From Tubulanus polymorphus (Eukaryota; Animalia; Nemertea), in NCBI RefSeq assembly GCF_964204645.1, contig NC_134029.1, positions 8,644,850-8,708,849 of the forward strand: 64,000 nucleotides of DNA. Direction: 5' to 3'. Shown piece by piece: positions 42,846-56,025 of the stretch (positions are counted from its first letter, which is position 1; each line of letters begins with the position of its first letter). The notes beneath the pieces were generated by a model. It was not told the origin of the DNA. It did no database searches and saw nothing but the letters and a program-made list of their open reading frames with translations. The position numbers and the translations under genes were made by a program.

Positions 42846-45800
42846 TCAATTAAAGATCTTGAAACTCTTATTGAAAAGCTTGAAACTAGAGCCTCCGTTC
42901 TTTTTCTGTAAAGTTCCTCCATCTTTGATCGTCATGTCGATGTGAGGTTTAGGCGATTTCGGACGTTTCAACGACTGTTTGCCGGTGACGACTGCGTTCC
43001 TTTGGGTGGCACAGGCGTTGCTAGTCCGCGCCTCGTCTGATAAACCGGCTGCCGCTTGGTGCTGCGACGCCACGATTCGCACAGTCTCGTGAAAAATGTT
43101 TTGAACGAATTCGAATTCCTCGGCGGCCGTTGTTTCGTAAAATAAGCAGTCCGTTTCACTGGCCAAGGCGTTACCTTCATTATTACTCACTTCCCTGGAA
43201 AATAAAATCACAGTTTTTTGTTTTACAATAATGTTTATATACATCGATGGCTACTGAGCATTATATAAGTGCCTTTGAGTGAGTCGATGTGCGCACTACG
43301 TCATCAATATTGGCGTTTCACAATAACTATTACAATTATGAATTTTGTAATTTGATATATTTGATTACTCATTAACTTTTTTTATTTTTGATGAATTTCG
43401 ATATCTATTTTTTGAGAGGACGTGCATGCACTACGACATCAATATATCGGGTCTAGACTGGTTGTCGGTCAATTCAATTCAATAATCGATATATCCAAAT
43501 CCAAAATAACTTCACTGATCCTTAGTATTACATATTTTCATTACTGATTGTCGACAATATTACGCAATATATGTGTTATTTTTCAAGGCGTAAATTAACT
43601 TTCAAGTTTCAAGACTCAAAAACGATTGAAAATGAACCGAATTTGACAAGGATTTCGTTCACAATACTGGACACCAAGTTCGGAAATTCATTATTCACAA
43701 GTGGCACGGACCATACCTGTATCGCTCCAAATCGACCTTGTTGCCGATGAGAGCCACCATCAGGTCTCTGCCAGATGATCTCTGGTACTGAGTGCATGCG
43801 TCGATGTATTCGCGGGCTTTGTCAAAGCTTTCCCAACTGGTTATGCTGTACACGACGAAAACTATATCGGCCCATTTAAAATATCTATCTGCTTCATCCA
43901 CGTCCTCCTGTAAGACAAACAAGCATTGTAGGCATTTCTTTCAAGCTCTTATCGTATATTAATTCGTCAATTATAAAGCTATATGGGCTAACTTAAACAC
44001 AATTGCTGGTTAGATTACTACTTTCATGGTATAGTTTCCTTCCGAAGGTCACCTACGATAAATTCATTGGAAAACGTCAAACAGAAAATGCCTTATTAGG
44101 CTGATATTCTGAGGAGCCCTACCGAATTTAAGGGAAGTTAGTGTCCAAACCCCCCGGATGTTTCTACCGCCCTTGTATTGTCTTATTTATAAGGATAACA
44201 CCATTTTGTCCAAATCAGAATAGAAGCTGAATCGACGGATGCTTAGTCAGTGTACATGTATAGATCACGGTGGCGTATGTACTGAATTATACGCATACTT
44301 TTATGGCTTTTCTGCTGGTCATTTGAACTTACGCGATCATACGTATCCATGATATTAATCATCACTTCTTGGCCATCTATCAATTCTTGCTTGCTATATG
44401 TGTCTTCTACGAAAATGAAAAAAAACTTCACTAGCATATTCTTTTATTGTTTGAGATCGCCAGTTTCAAAAACATATGGGCAAACATTTTTCCAAATTGC
44501 GCTGTAGTTAATGATAGAATAGCCACACTCTGACGCGGAGAACGGCTAATAAGTTCAAAACCCGCGCTATATACAGAATTTTAAATTTTTAAAAACAAGA
44601 ATTACATCGTTTATCAAGAATTGAAATCAAAATACATGACATCTTCACGCGTGTGTCATACACCTGCCGATGATCTCCATCGAGAATTCAAAACGTAGTG
44701 TATTGCGATTTTAATTCTTGATAATGGAAATTCGCTTCTAATCTTACAAATTCTGTATATAGTATAAATTAGTATGCACTGTTGTACATTAGTATGATAT
44801 GGGGGATGAATGGAACGGCCTTTCAATCTAGTCGAAGGAGATTTTAGATTAGAGACATTTCAGTATCTCACAAGACTCACCCAAATACGGATCGTATTCC
44901 ATGATGAATCGTCGCGTTATGAATTTGACAGTCATTGCTGTAACAATTTAAGAACAAATATAAACCATTAGAACTGTTTCACAGGATGTTGAACCGGATA
45001 ACATTGCATAGTTCTATGTAATTAACTGTTTACTGTATATGTATTTCATCAGTCCACCTGATTCCGAGTAGCGAAAAGTGTCGTTGTCTTATAATGACTG
45101 TTTTGATTTTGGATTTTGTGACGCCGTAAATACCGTTACAATATGATAAACATCGATACCATAGTACCGGTATTTAAAGCGTTACTTAAGGGGTTCTATG
45201 TGAGTCGATGTACACTGCGTCATCAATAGGTGTTTAAAAAAAACAACGACAATGATAAAAACTGGCGTTTATTTTGTAATCAAACATGTTTCATAAGACC
45301 TATTTCATTTTCGAGAAATTTTGATAATTGTTTTTGAGAGGATGTGCACTTCGTCATCGATATATCGGGGCTAGACTGGTTGCCGGTCAATTCAATTCAA
45401 GTATCATGAATCAAATCCAAAATAACTTATGGATCCTTTACCGGTATATGATTTTTATTACATCATATCATATTATACATTATCGACCATATAAAGCAAT
45501 GTATTTGTTATTTTTCAAGACGTCAATGAACTTTGAAATTACTTTTCTCGTTTCTCTTCAAAATCACTTCGTTGTTATTATTTTTCCAAGGAGAAGCGTA
45601 GTATGTTCAAACGTTTGACGATGCACGCGTACGTATATGTACGGATAAATAGTATGATTTTATAATCGTCAGGCGGATTATTTGTATGATTTCTCATCGG
45701 ACGGAAGTAATTGAGGGAATCCTCACGATGTTCTCCCTCTCGCTCTCTCTTCTTGTGTCGAATACGCACTCGATGACTTAGAGCGATTGACTTAGAACGT

Positions 45801-46589
45801 ATTACTAATGTGTATTAAACGGGCGAAGAGATTAGTAATGCGAAGAATGTCGATCGGGGTTTTTAATAGTAAATTAGCTATCCCCCGACCGATAGCAAAC
45901 AAAAACGCCTTTCATTTAGCTTTAAGTCTCACTCGAATAGCTGGCGGCAAGGGGCACTTGAACGATGAAACGATGAACAAGAAACCCGTATTCCGAGGAG
46001 ACTCGGACCACCAAAGGAATTATCTATGGGTGATATTCAAGATCTTAAAGCAAAAAGTAGCGAAAGCATTTTTGCCGGTCGATCACGAATGCGTTGATTT
46101 TGTTTAGATAGACATTTCCTCATCGATGTGATTGCAGACTTGCAAAGCCGCTCGGACATAATATTAGTTCTGATTTGAATGAGTCATGGTTCTATAGAGA
46201 AAAATAAATGGAAATGAACTGAGGATCCAGTCAGAAAAAAAATTTAGTCCTAATACCCGTTTGTATGTCTAAAATCAAAGAAAACCCAATCCATACCCGC
46301 AATTAGTTTTCTTTTCAAAACTTCCCGGAGAATAGCCCATCGTCCAAAGTTGATGGTAATAGATAATGCCTTTTGTTTTTATTGCTTTCGAGGGCCATTT
46401 ATCCGAATATGTATGTCGATAGTGAGATATTAGCCAGAAAATCGGACCTTGATTGGCTGGATGGGAAAGAATAAAATGCATACCTGATTTACCAACTCCG
46501 AGTGAGCCCAGGAGGGCAATATTGCATTGACAAGCCGGCGGCGCCGTGTTTCCGTTTGTGTTGCTATTTCTCGGTGATATTTTCCTCAT
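42846..46589 (-). CDS. RERG/RERGL-like Ras-family small GTPase. Exons 46589-46484, 44937-44881, 44406-44333, 43907-43717, 43194-42846
   Basis: G1 GSLGVGKS, effector loop FITRRFIMEYDP, G4 GNKVD, G5 YETTA; phases compatible; no CAAX, ends FKLFNKSFKIFN. Confidence 0.88.
43269..43606. repeat. ~340-bp interspersed element; a second copy lies at 45199-45537 in another intron of the same gene
   Basis: Shared blocks TGAGTCGATGT, TTTTGAGAGGA, CTAGACTGGTTG.CGGTCAATTCAATTCAA, ATCCAAAATAACTT. Confidence 0.75.
44569..44760. mobile_element. Foldback/MITE-like inverted-repeat element
   Basis: ATATACAGAATT...AATTCTGTATAT termini plus inner ATCAAGAATT/AATTCTTGAT arms. Confidence 0.55.
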
Positions 46590-48462
46590 AATCAATTTCT
46601 GTTCGTAGTCTCATTCAATACTTTTCATATCTGGAAATAAACATACGAACAAAGTTGAAATTGGTCAAGACGCCTGGCCTCATTTATTGTGATGATCCAA
46701 CTACAATTCTAATCCCAATCTTCAGTTGGTTAAATAGGTTAGATACACCATTTATAAGACACTATATCCGTGTTGTGACCATAATATAACGAGGATTCCA
46801 CAATAATGACGAAAATGTTTCCTTGAGCATAGTAGTTTATTCGACGTTTCGACTATATATACTAATAGTCATCTTTCCTGAAGATGACTGTTAGAATAGT
46901 TTGTGATAAAGAATATCAAATCAGATTTTAGTAAACTTGATTTGGATTTATTTTCTTATACCTTATATGAGTAAGAATATGGAAGAGGTCGAAGTTGCTT
47001 TACGGAATGCGTTGTTTGACATCTTGTTTGCTTTTGGGAACGGTATATGTTTCAATGCTCGGTTTCTTGACGATGCAACCAACGGCCGACGCTAAACGCG
47101 TGGCTATCTGAACACGTTCGGTCTTCTCTAATAGAAAACAGCCAGGTTCGTACAGATTGTAAAGCAACAATAATCTTTGCCAAAGTTATACACGCGAAGA
47201 AAGGAGTCTGTTACCGAGTTGCAACTTTTATCAATATTTTGATAAATCAATCTAACCTGTCTGGCTGCGTATCGAATAGATTCCGTCCGATGCCGCAGAA
47301 GCTTACGCCGGAACTTGTATGCATTTAATGCTAGTCAGATTTCTATAGTTTCATGCCATTCAAAAGAATTCAAATTTGTTCATCTTATTTTGAAATCAAG
47401 ATAAAAAAAAGAAAAAATGTTCCAGGAATGTCGAGATGAATTTAACATACCACATGATCATCACTCTTAGGATCATTTCAATCTATTCTTTATTTGATTT
47501 TGTTTTATCGTTCATGCTCAGGTAATCGGGTTGTGTCGACTTTTTGAATTAGAAAACAGATGTTGACGTTTGTTTACGGCTTTCGTGGCTAGACTAAGCT
47601 TTATTGTGCGGAAAACAACTTCTACAATCAATAAAGTCTGAACCAAGAGGCTGAAACTTATTCACAGTAATGCTACATGTCTGCCGAGAGGTCAAGGGAA
47701 GTGAATACGTTTTGCGGTATTTATCGCGCAGTTCGTAGATAAAATGCACGTGTTAAAGATGTTGTTTCTGTCGGAAGCTAATGGCCATTGTCTCGCGTAA
47801 TTACAACAACGAGCCCGGTGCTACACAAATCCACAGGCCCAAAATAAAATGGATTATGATTATGCATAGAATGGCTAAGAGTATAGTACCGAAACTAAGG
47901 ACCTTTGACATGGAAATTTCTGCAAACGGTCTAAGTCAATCGTGAATTCCCTTTTTGCTTCAGAAAAGGAAGTCGGTTGAATTTTGCGATAAAATTCTGA
48001 CCGTAATTGGCGTTGATGACGAAAACGACCAATGTTTTCACAAAAGAAGTGGAAGGAACAAATTTTGGCCGCAATCCAGATAATTGTTGCGAAACAGAGA
48101 GTTTATGCAAACGGCACTTTGATAGCCTGGAAATGGATAAAATCTGACGTCAGTCTGTATTCTACTATGACGGCAATTTCGGCTCTAATCTAGATTAATT
48201 TCGTGATGAGTGTGTTTCGTGGCATATGTTTCTATTAAATCAATCGGTTGATTATGCCATTAACGGCGGTTGCAATCAATTCGAGATTAATTTGATCAAT
48301 CGATCACGGTAGACCTTGCGTTATACGCCGTACGGAAACATTCGAGTTATCGCATCGACAACGATCGAAACATGGAAAGCAAACAATATAACAGTATTGC
48401 TTAAATTGCGTAAATCTTTTGTAAAATATTTAAACATCCAACCTTCATTCAATGTTTCTAAG

Positions 48463-48594
<132 letters not shown>

Positions 48595-49262
48595 TAAATT
48601 TAAGATCTGAATATTCTAAATTTCATTCTTAATAAATTTCATTTCATTGCTAATAAATGAGTTTGAATTTGAGAAATATATTGCTTTAAAATGTTCTTTG
48701 GTGGGGATTTTTTGCCTACTTCGAAGAATTGGGGATTACCACCAGGGGAAGTTTTACCTTCACTGTCTATATTGATCCATTTTGATTAGGATCACCATAA
48801 AACAGAGAATTTCGATGCTGACTGTTATTCAAAATTAATACGTATATGCATGAGGGTAAAGAAGTTTCTGGGAATTTCTCCTGATTTCCTAAATTCTATG
48901 AATTGTTAACGCTTAATTATAATCTAACTTTCAGAAGTTCATATAAATAGCTTCACAATTTAGCAAACAACGTGAAATCAGAGAACAGATGTTGCTACAT
49001 AAAGTAGGATGAATGTAGCAAGAATTTTGAAGATGCAAATTACGCATTACTAACAGACCGGGAAGGAAAGAAATACTATATGATCCTAATGTCACCCATT
49101 CACCAAAAAACCATGTCTTTTCGTATGCCCTCCCAGTACAAAGAAGTCATCAGAATCAAGAAGTTACATAAAAGCGTGCGATGTTATAGACACTGACGGT
49201 ACTGGTTAGCCGAAGCCGAGAATGTTCGTCGGAAAATCTATAGCTCTCAAACTTGAAATGAT

Positions 49263-49525
49263 CAGGCTCGTGCCAATGGGGTTCGGGGTAGCGAATGAAC
49301 CCCCAAACATTTTCAAAGTGCCCCTCAAAAAGTCATTGTCAATAAATTGGGTCAAGATTTTTTCGAAATTTGGATACAATTTGAAAATGAAGAGTAAACC
49401 ATTCTTAAATGATTTATTCAGGTACATGTTTAAGATCTGTCCTTTTTCAATATGACAATATAAACAGCGAAAAGTGCCCCTTTTAACGATGAAATGTGAC
49501 CCTCAAAAAGCTTGACACGGGCCTG
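49263..49525. mobile_element. hAT-like MITE remnant
   Basis: TIRs CAGGCTCGTGCCAA / TTGACACGGGCCTG; no clear 8-bp TSD. Confidence 0.5.
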
Positions 49526-52500
49526 ATCATCGCCTCAACAGCAAAATGATTTTGGAGAAATTTCTAAACATTTCATTTAAACTGAACAGATAGACATCCG
49601 ATTAGAAAATCTACGTGAACGTTGATGAACTGAAATTGATAAGAGAATAACATTCGATACTAACCTCGCGTGAAAATGCCAATTAATGCCGAATAGGTAA
49701 ATACACCGCTAATTGCAACGAAGTCGCAATTTCTAATAGGCAAAAAGCCCGGAATCGAGTGCTGTGAAAGTAAGTATTTCTCGAGGAACTCAGCTGGTAA
49801 TTATCGGAGAGTCAGTTGCCCGCGCGAGAAGTATCCGATCGTTCTGGCCGCTAAGTCGGACGAACTACGAGTTTGACGAAGAGTAGAGCGTAGTGGGAAT
49901 TTCTATCGCAGGTGATGTACGTACGAACGTGGAATTTCGTTTAACATAGTATCTCAGTAACTCGGGGAGAGCCGTAGCGAGCGCCTGTTGTGAGAACTGC
50001 ATCTCATTGTTGCCTACAAACTCCAGGTGGCAATCAGCCACGAGCTGCTGCAATCAGCGCTTTTTCCTATAACCGAAAATAAGCGTTTGTCGAACTGAGC
50101 GAGCTTAGAAGATATTTCAATATTTTCTTAGAAACATTAATATCAAATGTTATAAGATGGTAAACACCCGTCCGAAGCAACTCTTAAGATTGGAAAGTTC
50201 TTAATTTTCAGGAAGGCAATCGCGTGTAAATAAGATTTTCCATCTTCCATTTGATTCTTCCAGCCTTTCTTTATGGATCTAAATAATGATAAGAACAATC
50301 ATTACAGTATTCTATTAACGATTTAGATACAATTATAAGTGAATACAAAATATTGTAATCATTGTGACGCTGGACGACTGGTGAATTTAAAAGAAACTTA
50401 TGTCCTGAAAGGCGCAGTTATCCACACACTCACATTCATGAACATTCATACCCCATTCGTACTTTACAAGCTAAAGGACAAAAATGTTTATCACAAGAAC
50501 TACATATACAATACTTTAATTCCATCATATTGGGAAATGAGATGATTTCTTACAGTTATTCCAAAAGATGTATTCCAACTACCAAATTTTAGATAACGTA
50601 AAATATAGTAGAGGTATAGCGTATAACAAAGGCTTAAATAATATAGATTAGAATGTATTTTGTTCAATTATTGTTTCAAGAATTTCACTCCAAAACAAAC
50701 GCATTATTTCAGGCCCAATTCGTAAAAAGAATCAAATTTTTACTCTTTAATCTTAACATAAACTGCATTGATGAAGAATGGATGTAAATGGATGTAAGGG
50801 TTGAAACATTTTTGTGAAACTTGATTCCCTGGGTTGATACTTTCCACTCGATCGTTTTCTCCGACAACAAGGTGAACTGATACCGCGGTTTGTGGGTCAG
50901 CGATAGTTGCGTCTTTTTTATTTCAAACGATCGCGAGCGCAACGGTGGATTCAACAGGTGGAAATCGTGTTCGCTGGATATTATCAGATCAGCGATCTAT
51001 TTCGGCTTCGATTTTGCGACGTGAGAAATGCGAAGAATTTCGAAAAATAACTCCTCCTTCAGACACGAAATATTAAGCAAAACAGCGTGCGTCGACTCGG
51101 GTTATGTTAACCGAGAAGTGAATGGGCATTTCCATTTAGTCTCATTGTTCCGTTGGATATCTGGAACCTGCAGAATATTACAACTCATTACTTCCCCGTC
51201 GTGCAGCCATATGCTCCTTAACGTGAGACAACGCCCGAGAGACATAGGCCACGATCATACGAGCACTTTTGGCCCGACCCAAAGCGTCGGACCAGGCCCG
51301 AGCCAAATTTTAGCATGCTTCAAATCATTCCTAGTGAAGCTATACTGGTTCCGGAAGTGTGTAAGTGTGGAAGTGGGCCAAATTTGACCTGGGCTTGACC
51401 GTACCCGTTTGGCCTGGGCCAGATTGTCTCCGTGTGATCGCGGCTAGTCGATGACAGATCCCAAACTTGGCATTCGACCAAAATTGGGTCCCTATCCGTA
51501 CTGATCATTCTACTAGATAATGGATGTTTGTGGATATTCATGTTAAAACATCTCCGTGTTATCGAATAAAGGAATGAAATCTAATATATTCCATTCGCAG
51601 TATCCCAGCATAATAAACTACAGAGGTAATCCAATTGAAATGGGATCGCTTTTCATTGAAGGTGAATTTACTTACTCTAAGATGTCAGCTATTTTGTCGC
51701 CGTTCTTATCGTATTCCGCTCTCTCTGCGACAAAACAATGATTGATCTGACGTTTAATTCGTGTGATCGAAGCAACTCCAACGACGCGAAAGCCACGCGA
51801 TTTCTTTCTGAGATCAACATGTAAGTCAAAACAAAAAAGCGACCCATCTATTTATATACCAGATAATCACCCCGTAGACGAATATCGGATGGATTATCTG
51901 GTACTCGGGCGTAACCTTGGACTAGAAATAGAAGATAGGTATTAAGAAAAAGATTTTAAAAGTTTCCTTTTCCATTGTAGGCTTCTTATGTAAAACAATT
52001 TTGCAAAATATCTGACATAGAAATTACACGTAAAGCTTATTTTTGTACGCAATGACGGTGGTTTATATTTTGAAAAACAATATTTGAATAAAAGCCTTTT
52101 TACATTTTATAGAGGATTGACAAAAAATTGAATATATGAAATGATGCAAACATAATGAATCTTAGGGCATATGTAACTCATTATGATAATCGAGGACTAC
52201 ATTCCGTGACATTTTTTTAAAATTCAATTTTCTAAATGATCATCATTTCCTTTTTACAATTATAGCGTAACGCTCTTGATCCGCAATAAAAACTGAATCG
52301 GGTTAGATCATTTTCGTAAATTTGCCTAAATACCAATATTACGATATTCCAATGCATTTTACTTCTTTTCCATATTCCCATCAGTAGATTTTGGAGTAAG
52401 AATACCCATTCGTACCAAAACCGTTCAAAAAGCGGGTTAACTTAGCAACAAGAAAAAATAATGCGGAACACCCGATGCGTTCCCACGTCAGTTCTCTGAC

Positions 52501-53115
52501 CTTAACCTCAAGGGTAGCACTAGCAAAGGAAATCCACTCATGATATACTACTTGTTTTACCAATTTCTGCAACGACCACTTAATAGCCTAATGCAATGTT
52601 ACCGCAATATCTTTTGTCAGTTTGCCAACACCACCTACTGCAGTGACTGCGAAGTCTTACTGCAATGAAATATGAGGAAATTTGAATAGTTTGAAAGGCT
52701 GAAATCTGAGAAGCTAAGTTTGCGAGAAGATTTTTTATGTGTCAGAAAATGAAGTAATTTGGCCTCTATGTAGTTGAGAATATTGTATAGAATATTCACG
52801 GCTCGTAACTTTGATACAAAATAAGACGGGTGTTAGTCTTTGAAGATTCTCGTATAGTTGCTCGGAGCTGCTCTATTTATAAAATATCCTTCGTAGAACA
52901 TATTTACTTCTGTCTATTCGTATTGAGAGGTTTCCTTCTTCAGAGTAAATAACTTGGTTATCGCTAGAACGACTTAAGACAGTACCAGAAAGCACGGGAT
53001 TCAAGTATTATGTGTCCAGATTGCTCAGTGTCAATAATATATCATGCCGTTTCACTTAGAACCCGGCCCTTGGCCAAGTTTTATAGACTGGTATTACCTT
53101 TAACCGGGGGGGGGG

Positions 53116-53254
53116 GGGCAGTTGCACAGTCGTGGCTTAGACTTAAGACCAGTCTGAGAAGAACTTAGTTCTATAGCCAATCTAACAACTTAAGACCAGT
53201 CTTAAGATTTAAGACCACTTTTACCACTCAAGTCACGACTGTGCAACTGGGCCC
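53116..53254. mobile_element. Short MITE with ~20-bp TIRs and internal CTTAAGACCA repeats
   Basis: CAGTTGCACAGTCGTGGCTT / AAGTCACGACTGTGCAACTG. Confidence 0.65.
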
Positions 53255-54454
53255 AGGTGATTAAGTGGAAATCGATTCGATATGAAGGTCGTCGTCAATT
53301 GTCGAATACGTTCTTTCTTCGCATAAGTTAGGAAAAAGCTTGAGCTCGAGCTTGGAATAAGCTATACGTACTTATAAGTACAAACTATATGTAATCAAAA
53401 TTATTCTCATCTTGATTAGATGTTTTAGTTCGAGATGAAAATGTCACCAAGATACAGTTCTTTGTATAGCCCGGTTTACAAAGCGAAATATAATATACCA
53501 CGCATTTGGGTTGGAATAATATTTGATTTTATTGAGTTTTTTTCGCTATTGAGTACTAACAATAATCAACAATCAACAAAAAATATACAATCTAAAAGTA
53601 CTACATCAAGACTACATCAAACCACTTTATTCTACAATAGACAAGATATCGGGATCCAGTTCCACAGTCGTGTATTAGAGTTATTTCCTATGAGTTAACT
53701 TTAGTCAATTCTTTACTCACAACTGTGGAGCTGGGTCCGGCAATATTTTCGCTAGCAATTCATGCAGCGATTGAATTTCGTGTCGTTTCTTTGATCGTTT
53801 GCTTTTCGAATGTTGGTATCAAGCGGCCATACGTGTCAAATTACGTATCGAAAACAGCATTAGATGATTATGTTTTATGTTTGGGGCCCAGTTTCACTTT
53901 TAAACAGTCAATTGAATTATCCACAAGGATCAAAGCTAAAACCGGTCTATAAAACCAACCCCAGCTATTTACGAATGGCGATTATAATCAGTAACAGTAA
54001 CAATGATATAATATCCATTTATAATATCAGAATTGGAGCGACGTGAAGGATGTTATGTCGTCGAGATTATTGACCATTTCAGTTCCCTTTCATGCAACTA
54101 CATTAATCCCTAAGACACAAACATTTTGGCACGTCAGCACCGACCAATCTGCACAATGTGATCATTGGTACTAGGATAGACGTATGCCAAGTATATCGTA
54201 TGACTCCTAACATCTGTCGAAGCCAGTGTGAGTAATACACTAAAACAAACTCGTGACATACACAATTTTTGCATTCCTACCATTTAATAGTCTAGAATGG
54301 AAAACATGTCCAAACCCTTAGTTCGATAGCCTGCATGGGAATTTAACATGCAAGCTGTTGCTGCCAAAATCTTTCTATAGGGTTATCAGCGGAAGTATGA
54401 TCGTCTGGCATTTTATACCTTTTAGGACGATTTACAATTTAACTCGTAAAATGA

Positions 54455-56025
54455 CTATTGAATCTCAACGAGTTTTATGAAGTCGCTTAGTCTAGTTGTC
54501 GACAGCAGAACAACGAGCACTGATAGCAACAATCCCGCGTTAGCTGTCACTGTTGAAGACGATGACGGTGCATTGCACAAGTCGCCAGAACAACACTCGA
54601 CGGTCGAAAAATGTGTTCCTATTCTTCGACCCGGGTAACAGTGTACTGCACAGAATCTTTGAACCACCCAGTTCTCATCATCTTGTCGAATGAAAGCAGT
54701 CTGGAAAAAACGACACAGCATTAACGTTTGATTTCCGTAAAAACTAGGCGCCAGTGTTCCACCTTAAAATCAGTTCATTTTCAATGAGTCACTAACTGTG
54801 AGTTAAATCTTAACTCACAACTGAGTATATAGCAAAATGATCACACGGTATTAAGCCCGCCGCGCACAGCAGTCGGAAAACACGTTTTCAACAAAATAAA
54901 GAATTATGTGTCTCTTTGTGCTGCATTTTGTGTGGCAGAGGAAACCAAAAATCTCTTCCAAAGCCCCTTCCTTGTTCAAACATTTTTTCTGAAAATGCTC
55001 ATATTGGAAAACGTGCCACGGTGTTTCGTTACGAAACGGAGGCAGATGCCGACAGATGGCCAATCAACCAATGAGTTATATCGCATTGCAAGTGAAATAG
55101 TACTGACATATATGGAGGCACCATTTTTGATGTGACACGCTGTTCACGTTCCCTGATAGCCCGCAACAGCTAAATATTCACAGGTGCCATCAAAACTACA
55201 GAATACATCATTCGTTTCGTTGCTTCGTGTTTTTCTACGTCTGTTGCGTCATCTGTTTTTCAAATCAAAATGAAAAAAACGCGATAACGAAATACATCTC
55301 TTTTTGATTTGAGTTGACGTTAGTAAAAAATATTGGGCTTACAAGATTGGAATGACCAAAAGATTTTCAAGTGTTTTTTTTGCCGGATTGAAATATCGCC
55401 CCTTCATTACATTACACCACTACATCATTCTGAATGAATTAAACTTTCCAATTGTTAATTCAAATTTAGATTTTTAATTTAGCCATCGCCACTTCACCAT
55501 TTCGCGTTGTGCTTCTTGGGCACCTTCATCGATATAACTCCTATAACATATCATTATATCTATTTAATTATGTATCTATAAAACCGAATGTTTTATTATG
55601 TTATAATTTCAATGTAAATAAAGATTATTAACATTATTATAATTATCACCCTACTTCTGTTGACTTTCCGTTGAAATTGTGCCTACTACCGTGATTTTGA
55701 ATTGCGCTGGGTGAAACAGGAACAGGGTATTTAAAAACGGTGATTAGCTGTGAGTCGGAATAGCCAAGAGATGAATTGGGGTGGGTGGAACATAGGTGCA
55801 TGCAAAGATGGGTGGAATTAATCATTCTTACAGCACAATAATGAGCCCGTTTACACGCGCCGTGTGTTAGTTTGCTCAAATCCGTGTTGTTCTGTAGAGC
55901 TCCGCAGGAACTGCTGTTTATGAGGCCACTTTGAAGCGAAATGTTCACCGTGCCTAAAACTTCCAGCGACGTATCGTTCCCGTAATGCGACGCGAAACAG
56001 TGGTAACACAACAGCGCCTGCGAAT
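54455..56025 (-). CDS. GPI-anchored Ly6/uPAR (three-finger, quiver-like) protein. Exons 56025-55832 and 54700-54455; signal exon not located
   Basis: LLCYHC start, VQRFC, CCSGDLCN end, then a Ser-rich omega region and hydrophobic tail; phase-0 junction in frame. Confidence 0.85.

Noticed and set aside
54455-56025. Secreted three-finger toxin
   Set aside because: The C-terminal GPI signal indicates a membrane-anchored Ly6 protein
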